In this document: one piece after another, positions 25,471 to 32,000 of the stretch | How positions within the stretch are numbered: position 1 is the first letter of the stretch | Layout of the letters: every line of letters begins with the position of its first letter | Origin: Candidatus Kuenenia stuttgartensis | GTDB lineage: Bacteria > Planctomycetota > Brocadiia > Brocadiales > Brocadiaceae | Direction: 5' to 3' | DNA length: 32,000 nucleotides | Assembly: GCF_900232105.1 (NCBI RefSeq) | Contig: NZ_LT934425.1 | Coordinates: 2,700,001 to 2,732,000 of the forward strand | Program-made: the position numbers and the translations under genes | The notes under the pieces: model-generated | The model's database searches: none | Seen by the model: the letters and a program-made list of their open reading frames with translations, nothing else | What the model was told of the DNA's origin: nothing

Positions 25471-27856
25471 CTGGGGATGACCCATATTTTTTGCTGGACA
25501 CCGTGTTAACCGTATGTTACACTGTGTACATGCTTAGAGTAGGAGGTCGAATATTTTCAGATGATGTAATAAAGCGTTTATCAGAAACTATCCAAAAGGA
25601 ACCCTGTCTATCGCGTCGTAAACTGTCGCGTCTGGTATGCGAATGGATGGACTGGAGGAATCAAGCGGGCCGTTTGCAAGAGATGAGTTGTCGCAAGGCG
25701 TTATTGGAATTGGATCGTCGTAAAGAGATCAATCTTCCAAAGGTGAACAAGCATTATGCATTTCAAAAAGTCAATAAACCTGCGGAGGCGCCTCCGATTG
25801 CGGAAGTGTCATGCGAGCTAGCGGAGTTGGGTGACGTAGAGATTATACGGGTTACAACGAGATTCCATTCGAAACTTTGGCGTAGCATGTTAGAAGCGCA
25901 TCATTATCTTGGAAGTGGGCCCCTATGCGGGGCGCAACTTCGGTATCTTGTACGCAGTGAACATTACGGATGGATAGGAGGGCTAAGTTATAGTGCCTGT
26001 GCCAGACGGGTGGAAAGTCGCGACGAGTGGATAGGATGGACGGAGGAAGCACGTAAGCGGAATCATACGTTTGTTATCAATAACAGTCGGTATTTAATAG
26101 CGCCTACGGTAAGAGTAAAATGTTTGGCATCGCATGTATTGGCAAAATGCCAAACACGTTTGGTAGATGATTGGGAAAGAGTGTATAAATATCGTCCTGT
26201 ACTTTTAGAAACCTATGTGGAACGAGGACGGTTTTCCGGAAGCTGTTATCGGGCAGCTAACTGGAAGTATGTAGGAGGCACGGAAGGTCGAGGACGAAAA
26301 GGAACAGGTGCAACGGTCAAAGACGTTTATGTTATGCCGTTGCAAAAGAAATGGCAGGCGGTGTTGTGTTGTTGTGCCGATGGCAAAGTACATGTTCGCC
26401 AAAGAGTGGCACAAAAAGAGCCTCGGGATTGGATAGAAGCGGAACTTGGAGGAACAAAATTGGGCGATGCACGATTGACCTCAAGACTTTTAGAAATGAC
26501 AGGTATGTTTTATGACAAACCTTTGGCAAACATTCCGCAGGCGTGCGGCTCAGTCAGTGCGACTAAGGCTGCATACCGATTCCTTGACAATGAGAATGTA
26601 GATTGGAAGGCGATATTGCAAGCTCATTATGAGGCCACGGAAGAGCGTGTGAAGGAGAATAGTTTGGTTTTGGTAGCGCAAGATACTACGACTCTGAATT
26701 ATAGCACACATCCGAATACGCAGGGGTTAGGACCGATAGGTACTAAGAGTGAAAAAGTTCGTGGACTGATGGTGCATGATACGATGGCGTTTACTGAAAG
26801 TGGTACACCCTTGGGACTTCTGAATGTGCAATGCTGGGCGCGGGACGGAATAGGCAGCAAACATAAACGACACAAGAAGCCTATCGAAGAGAAGGAAAGC
26901 TGGAAATGGGTGGAGAGTTACCATGCAGTATCGCAAGTACAGAAACGCTGTCGAAACAAATCTTTACTGGTGGTTGTGGCAGATCGTGAGGCCGATATTC
27001 ACGAGGTATTCGCTGAGCAGTATAATACGCCTGATGGCGCTCAGTTGCTGATCCGCGCAGAACGTTCGCGCAATAGAAAGGTTGTTGATGATAAAGAATC
27101 ATGCGAGTTTTTGTGGACTAAACTGGAACAGCAACCGGTTATAGGTACCCGCGAAATATTGATACCTCCGAGTGAGAAACGCTCCGCACGTCAGGCAATA
27201 CTTATGGTACGAACGATGCCTGTTACGCTGCGCCCACCTATGCTAAAAAAGAATATGCCTGCGGTCAGGGTGTGGGCGGTGCTGGCGCAGGAAGTCAATC
27301 CGCCTATAGGAATTGATGGGTTAGAATGGATGCTGTTAACCACAGTTGCGGTTAAGCAAGAAAAAGATGCTTACGAACGTTTGGAATGGTATGCTCGCCG
27401 ATGGGGTATTGAGTGTTATCATCGTATTATCAAGAGCGGTTGTCGTGTCGAGTCCCGGCAGTTGGAGAGTGCCCGTCGTCTGTGCAACGCTTTGGCCATT
27501 GATATGATTATAGCTTGGCGTATCCATTACCTGACTACTTTAGGACAAGAAACACCTGATGTCCCTTGTACTGTCTACTTCAGCGATTCTGAATGGAAAG
27601 CATTGACAACTTTTGCGAACAAGGTCAAGGAGCCTCCTGATTTACCTCCAAGCCTCAATGATGCCGTGCGGCTTTTAGGTAAACTTGGCGGTCATCTGGG
27701 TCGCCGTGGTGATGGCCATCCCGGAAGTGAAGTACTTTGGCGAGGCATGTCACGTTTGGCTGATATTGAAGTTGCTTACGAACTTTACACCACTTAGCCT
27801 TCAGCTCAATTGGCCGTACAACTACGGTGCTCTTGAAATTTGTGGGTAAAGATTAG
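25471..27856 (+). mobile_element. Tn5/IS50-like (IS4-family) insertion sequence with DUF4338-transposase fusion, 2386 bp
   Basis: The direct duplication CTTAAATC(C) occurs at 25463-25471 and 27857-27865. The imperfect 19-bp ends are CTGGGGATGACCCATATTT (left) and, as reverse complement of the right end, CTAATCTTTACCCACAAAT. The two ends match each other at 11/19. The right end matches the Tn5 outside end CTGACTCTTATACACAAGT at 12/19. Spot counts of single 60-nt lines give ~52% GC inside versus ~35% in the kinase gene. Confidence 0.85.
25530..27797 (+). CDS. Fusion protein: N-terminal DUF4338 (DruA-like) domain + Tn5-type DDE transposase
   Basis: The N-terminal ~300 aa carry HHYLGSGPLCGAQLRYLV, RDEWIGW, INNSRYLIAPTVRV, LLETYVERGRFSGSCYRAANWKYVGGTEGRGR, which is the DUF4338 pattern. 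The C-terminal ~470 aa are colinear with Tn5 Tnp. They carry LGDARLTSRL, AAYRFLDNENV, VAQDTTTLNY (D), VADREADIHEVF (D), RWGIECYHRIIKSG (E) and LGKLGGHLGRRGDG. The start is uncertain: the track uses a TTG at 25491 and the first ATG is at 25530. Confidence 0.88.
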   Translation: MLRVGGRIFSDDVIKRLSETIQKEPCLSRRKLSRLVCEWMDWRNQAGRLQEMSCRKALLELDRRKEINLPKVNKHYAFQKVNKPAEAPPIAEVSCELAELGDVEIIRVTTRFHSKLWRSMLEAHHYLGSGPLCGAQLRYLVRSEHYGWIGGLSYSACARRVESRDEWIGWTEEARKRNHTFVINNSRYLIAPTVRVKCLASHVLAKCQTRLVDDWERVYKYRPVLLETYVERGRFSGSCYRAANWKYVGGTEGRGRKGTGATVKDVYVMPLQKKWQAVLCCCADGKVHVRQRVAQKEPRDWIEAELGGTKLGDARLTSRLLEMTGMFYDKPLANIPQACGSVSATKAAYRFLDNENVDWKAILQAHYEATEERVKENSLVLVAQDTTTLNYSTHPNTQGLGPIGTKSEKVRGLMVHDTMAFTESGTPLGLLNVQCWARDGIGSKHKRHKKPIEEKESWKWVESYHAVSQVQKRCRNKSLLVVVADREADIHEVFAEQYNTPDGAQLLIRAERSRNRKVVDDKESCEFLWTKLEQQPVIGTREILIPPSEKRSARQAILMVRTMPVTLRPPMLKKNMPAVRVWAVLAQEVNPPIGIDGLEWMLLTTVAVKQEKDAYERLEWYARRWGIECYHRIIKSGCRVESRQLESARRLCNALAIDMIIAWRIHYLTTLGQETPDVPCTVYFSDSEWKALTTFANKVKEPPDLPPSLNDAVRLLGKLGGHLGRRGDGHPGSEVLWRGMSRLADIEVAYELYTT

Positions 27857-27892
27857 CTTAAATCCCCTCAAATACTTCGCTGCTACTTAAAA

Positions 27893-28218
27893 AAAACCAA
27901 AATGTTACGATTGGTAACATTTTAGCTTTTTGAAAAATTCACGGGATAGAAAAAATACCATGTAGCCCCGTTAGGGGGCGGTCTGTTTGTAGCACAATAA
28001 AATTCAATAGAGTAAAATAGCTCCGTAGGAGCGGCCTGTCCGTATTCAGGCAGACCTGTTTAATATGGATTTACAAGAGACAGGTCGCTCCTAATTGCAG
28101 AGACAGGTTTCAAACCTGTCTCTACGATCTGTTATAATATTCTGTTTTGCTACAAACAGGCTGCTCCTACGGAGTTTATAGGTAATACATTTTTCAAAAA
28201 ACCAAAGCGTTACGATTG
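27893..28218. repeat. Nest of palindromic REP/MITE-like repeats
   Basis: M1 motif copies lie at 27893-27937 (back-to-back pair) and 28190-28213 (reverse). There are long-range inverted repeats between CTGTTTGTAGC (27984) plus GCTCCGTAGGAGCGGCCTGT (28019) and GCTACAAACAGGCTGCTCCTACGGAG (28149-28174). The perfect hairpin AGAGACAGGTTTCAAACCTGTCTCT is at 28099-28123. Confidence 0.8.
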
Positions 28219-28238
28219 AAATTACTATACATTTAAGC

Positions 28239-28308
28239 AGGGGCGAAGCATTTGCCAGTTTTGGGTTTGAGCGCATTTATGACAATTTATAGCAAATGCT
28301 TCGCCCCT
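28239..28308 (-). terminator. Long-loop hairpin at the 3' end of the ABC transporter gene (possible terminator / repeat element)
   Basis: The perfect 17-bp arms are AGGGGCGAAGCATTTGC (28239-28255) and GCAAATGCTTCGCCCCT (28292-28308), with a 36-nt loop. One arm overlaps the stop codon (28307-28309). No clear U-run follows on the minus strand. Confidence 0.4.
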
Positions 28309-30088
28309 ACAATATTTCTATGCCTTCTTCCAGCTCCTCTTTCCTGTAAAGCGCCGAATATTCCCCGTTCATTTTTATAAGCTCTGCATGTGTGCCCTTC
28401 TCAACAATCATGCCCTCTTTCATAACAACAATTACATCAAAATCCCTGATAGCCGGTAATCTGTGTGTAACAATAATGAGTGTTTTGCCGGGAAATTTTG
28501 TCGCTATGTTGTGCAGAATAAAATGCTCCCCCTGAACATCCACCGCAGAGAGGCAATCATCCATAATAATAATGTCCGGATTTACCGCCAGCGCACGCGC
28601 AATGGTTAATCTTTGTTTCTGCCCGCCCGACAAATTAACTCCGCGTTCGCCTAAATAACTTTCATACTGCTCGGGTAGTTTTTGGATTTCTGCCTCCAGT
28701 TTTACCATACGGGCAAGTTCTCTCACTTTTTCACCCGTTTCCTCCCCTGCATTGCCAAACAAAATGGCATCTGCAATTCGTTCAGAAAACAGAAATGCCT
28801 CCTGAGGAACAAAACCAATACACCTGCGCAACAATGTAACATCCATAGCATTGATATCCATCCCGTCTATAAATACCGTACCGTCTTTTACTGATAGTAT
28901 CCGGGGCAAAAGGCTTAACAACGTTGTTTTACCGCTGCCGATAGACCCTACAATTGCCACACGTTGCCCAGCGCGTATTTTAAGGTGTATGCCCTTTAAT
29001 ATCCATTTATCCTGTTTATAATATTGAAAATGTACGTCCCTGAACTCAATATCTCCTTTCAAAGTTACTTTTTTACTTGTTACAGAATGTTTGTCGATCT
29101 CAGGCTTTTCCTCCATCACTTCATCAATACGTTTCATAGACGCATTACCGCGCTGCAATAATGAGACACACCAACCTACAGCCGTCATAGGCCAAATCAT
29201 CATTGATATGTAACTTTGAAAAGCGACCAGGGTGCCAAGCGTAATATCGCCTTGAATGACCATTCTTCCGCCAATACAAAGCAGCATGATTATTCCCAAA
29301 TAAGTAATATACTCAAAGGCTGGACCCAAAAGAGACTGCGGAATGGCAAGCTTAAGATTCTTCTTTACAAAATCTTCTGACAATTCCCGTAAAGCCGCTT
29401 CTTCCTGTTGAGAAATGTTAAAAGACTTTACCACACGGATACCGGAAATGCTCTCCCGTACCTTTTCGCTGACCCTTGAAAATTGTTCCTGGACACTACA
29501 AAACTGGCGGTCAATAACATTCCTGATTTTATAAGCAATAAAAGGCGTTAAGGGCATCAATATACAGGTAAATAATGATAGTTTGGGGGACAACCAGATA
29601 ATAATCGGAGGAATAACTATAAAATACAACAAGGCGTCAAGCCCGATTAATAATCCAGGCCCAACTGCCATACGGATAGCATTCATATCGTTTGTAGCCC
29701 TGGACATCAGATCGCCAGTTTTATATTTCTGGAAAAAACGCTGTGATTGTGTTTCTATATGCTTAAAAAAAGCCATACGGAGGTCATGCTCGCACCGAAA
29801 AGACGTTCCTATGAAATATATCCGCCACACATAGCGGCATGCCCCCTGGAAAAATGTCGCCAGTAGAAATAAGCCGATATAATATGCAATGCCTCGCATG
29901 TTACTGTCACCGGAAAGCATATCTATGGTTTTTTTTATAATAAGTGGGGGAAATATATTAATAATATCCACAGTAATGAGCGAGATTGCCCCAATAATAA
30001 AATAGCGCCGGTATTTCTTTACAAATACCCTGTAAACAATGCTTCTTTGCCAAAGTGTTTTCAATTTTTTCATAAAACGTATTAACAT
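28307..30088 (-). CDS. ABC transporter, fused permease/ATP-binding protein (type I exporter, MsbA/MdlB-like)
   Basis: 593 aa with a six-helix transmembrane domain followed by an NBD. NBD motifs are Walker A GSIGSGKTT, signature LSGGQKQR and Walker B IIIMDDCLSAVD. AGGA lies 7 nt upstream of the ATG at 30088. Confidence 0.9.
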   Translation of the reverse strand: MLIRFMKKLKTLWQRSIVYRVFVKKYRRYFIIGAISLITVDIINIFPPLIIKKTIDMLSGDSNMRGIAYYIGLFLLATFFQGACRYVWRIYFIGTSFRCEHDLRMAFFKHIETQSQRFFQKYKTGDLMSRATNDMNAIRMAVGPGLLIGLDALLYFIVIPPIIIWLSPKLSLFTCILMPLTPFIAYKIRNVIDRQFCSVQEQFSRVSEKVRESISGIRVVKSFNISQQEEAALRELSEDFVKKNLKLAIPQSLLGPAFEYITYLGIIMLLCIGGRMVIQGDITLGTLVAFQSYISMMIWPMTAVGWCVSLLQRGNASMKRIDEVMEEKPEIDKHSVTSKKVTLKGDIEFRDVHFQYYKQDKWILKGIHLKIRAGQRVAIVGSIGSGKTTLLSLLPRILSVKDGTVFIDGMDINAMDVTLLRRCIGFVPQEAFLFSERIADAILFGNAGEETGEKVRELARMVKLEAEIQKLPEQYESYLGERGVNLSGGQKQRLTIARALAVNPDIIIMDDCLSAVDVQGEHFILHNIATKFPGKTLIIVTHRLPAIRDFDVIVVMKEGMIVEKGTHAELIKMNGEYSALYRKEELEEGIEIL

Positions 30089-30213
30089 TGAAATTCCTAA
30101 ACGCTAACATAATTGAGAATAAAAACTTCATTTTAGAGAAGAAGTCTTGTACAAACAATGATAAACAGCATTTTCACCGTAACTATTCAGCGTAAATGAT
30201 ACACAGATCTGTG

Positions 30214-30234
30214 GCACAGGCATCTTGCCTGTGC
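30214..30234. repeat. Perfect 9-bp hairpin GCACAGGCA-TCT-TGCCTGTGC
   Basis: It lies in the divergent ABC / glnS intergenic region. It could be a small palindromic repeat or an operator-like site. Confidence 0.5.
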
Positions 30235-30345
30235 GAAACGCACCTAAAAATGCTGTTGCTTAATGGTGTTAGAATGATAAAATTCAACCTTTAATTCAAA
30301 AGAATAAAATATCCATGACCTTCGGTCGCAAAGGAGTGAAATAAT

Positions 30346-32000
30346 ATGTCTACAGATAATCCTGCTTCCGGGATTGATTTTATAAGGGAAATTATTGCGG
30401 AAGATATAAAAACGAATAAACACGGCGGTAGGGTGGTTACACGTTTTCCGCCGGAACCAAACGGATACCTGCACATCGGGCATGCAAAATCAATTTGTCT
30501 TAACTTTGGTATTGCCCTGGAAAATAAAGGTGGTGTATGTCACCTGCGGTTTGATGATACAAACCCTTGCAAGGAGGAAATTGAATATGTTGAGTCAATT
30601 AAAAACGATGTACATTGGTTGGGCTTTGACTGGGGAACGCATCTTTATTACACATCCGATTATTTTGAAAAGCTGTATGAGTATGCGGTACAGTTGATAC
30701 GGCTAGGCAAGGCCTATGTATGTAGTTTAAGCGCTGACGAGATAAGAGAGCACCGCGGCACCTTGACTCAACCGGGAAAGGATAGCCCCTATCGCACACG
30801 AACCATAGAAGAAAATCTTGATTTATTTACACGCATGCGCAACGGAGAGTTTGCGGATGGCGCTCAGGTGCTTCGCGCAAAAATTGATATGTCATCTCCC
30901 AATTTAAACATGAGAGATCCTGCTATCTATCGCATCCGGCGTACAAAGCATCACAGGACCGGCGATACATGGTGTATTTATCCGATGTACGACTTTGCCC
31001 ACTGCCTTTCCGATTCCATTGAAGGGATCACGCATTCCATATGCACAACAGAATTTGAAAACCATCGCCCCCTGTATGATTGGATACTCGACACGTTAGG
31101 GGTGGAATGCCATCCGCAACAAATAGAGTTTGCACGCCTCAACCTCAGCTATACCGTGATGAGCAAGAGAAAATTACTTGAACTGGTAGAGGAAAAGCAG
31201 GTAAGTGGGTGGGACGACCCAAGAATGCCTACTATTTCAGGCATGCGAAGGAGGGGATATACACCGGAAGCAATACGCAATTTCTGCGAACGAATTGGAG
31301 TGGCAAAGAGAGAGAGCATGGTTGATATCGCACTGCTGGAACACTTTGTCCGCGAAGACCTTAATAAACATGCTCTCCGGGTAATGGCGGTATTGCGCCC
31401 GCTTAAGGTAGTCATTGTTAATTACCCCGAGGGTCATGTGGAAGAATTGGAGTGTATAAACAACCCGGAAGACCCAAATATGGGGACACGAAAGGCGCCT
31501 TTTTCCAGGGTTTTATATATAGAACAGGATGATTTCTGTGAAGAACCGCCCAAAAAATTCTTTCGCCTTGCCCCCGGGCGTGAAGTCCGTTTACGCTACG
31601 CCTATTTCATTACCTGTATAAAGGCAATAAAAGACGAAGTGACCGGCGAAATCAAAGAATTGCACTGCACCTATGATCAGGAAACACGGGGCGGTTCCGC
31701 ACCGGATGGCCGTAAAGTCAAGAGCACAATACATTGGGTTTCTGCCGAACATTCAATTGAAGCAGAAGTGCGTTTGTACGACCATTTATTCATAAAGGAA
31801 TCTCCATGCGGAGAAAAAGATGAAACTGATTTTAAAAAGTTTCTAAACCCAAATTCCCTGGAAATAATAGCTAAATGCCGTGTAGAACCTGGACTGGCAG
31901 ATGCTAAACCCGGGAGCCGTTACCAATTTGAGCGCATAGGTTATTTTTGCGTTGATGCAAAAGACACCGCCAGTAAAAAACCTGTTTTTAACAGAACGGC
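30346..32000 (+). CDS. glnS: Glutaminyl-tRNA synthetase (3' end beyond window)
   Basis: This ORF is not in the track because no stop falls inside the window. AAGGAG (30331-30336) precedes the ATG at 30346. The product begins [49 protein letters not shown] (HIGH motif). It has [11 protein letters not shown] (KMSKS-type) and ends ...KPVFNRT near the expected C-terminus. Confidence 0.93.
   Translation, partial: MSTDNPASGIDFIREIIAEDIKTNKHGGRVVTRFPPEPNGYLHIGHAKSICLNFGIALENKGGVCHLRFDDTNPCKEEIEYVESIKNDVHWLGFDWGTHLYYTSDYFEKLYEYAVQLIRLGKAYVCSLSADEIREHRGTLTQPGKDSPYRTRTIEENLDLFTRMRNGEFADGAQVLRAKIDMSSPNLNMRDPAIYRIRRTKHHRTGDTWCIYPMYDFAHCLSDSIEGITHSICTTEFENHRPLYDWILDTLGVECHPQQIEFARLNLSYTVMSKRKLLELVEEKQVSGWDDPRMPTISGMRRRGYTPEAIRNFCERIGVAKRESMVDIALLEHFVREDLNKHALRVMAVLRPLKVVIVNYPEGHVEELECINNPEDPNMGTRKAPFSRVLYIEQDDFCEEPPKKFFRLAPGREVRLRYAYFITCIKAIKDEVTGEIKELHCTYDQETRGGSAPDGRKVKSTIHWVSAEHSIEAEVRLYDHLFIKESPCGEKDETDFKKFLNPNSLEIIAKCRVEPGLADAKPGSRYQFERIGYFCVDAKDTASKKPVFNRT

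Overview
This is a bacterial chromosomal window of about 40% GC by eye. I ran no searches, so all family calls rest on recalled motifs and colinearity. The backbone is ordinary housekeeping: miaA, a cvpA-like gene, a TPR protein, comEC, a short transaldolase/FSA-type gene, a 943-aa radical-SAM fusion, clpX, a NapF/G-like poly-ferredoxin and mrp/apbC. It continues with a Cache-HAMP-PAS-PAS-GAF-PAS histidine kinase plus a sigma54-type response regulator, moaA ... moaC, an ABC exporter and glnS (3' end runs off the window). No rRNA, tRNA or CRISPR array was seen. Accessory content sits in the gaps. (1) An intact ISL3-family IS lies at 3286-4666, with 26-bp inverted repeats and an 8-bp target duplication. 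(2) An intact 2.39-kb Tn5/IS50-like IS lies at 25471-27856. Its single 768-aa transposase carries an N-terminal DUF4338 domain, the DruA (Druantia) signature domain. This is the most interesting object in the window. (3) A 2.6-kb island splits moaA from moaC. It holds nested repeats, a nucleotidyltransferase plus small-partner TA-like pair, and two tiny overlapping ORFs. (4) A DUF433 antitoxin-like gene sits next to a decayed DUF5615 toxin. (5) Nearly every long intergenic region is filled with short palindromic, MITE/REP-like repeat families. (6) Downstream of comEC there are two paralogous units, each an ~89-nt conserved element followed by a hairpin terminator with covarying stem bases. One unit lost its upstream region to the ISL3 insertion. 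This may be an sRNA or leader family. I did not find a clear multi-gene defence or biosynthetic system.
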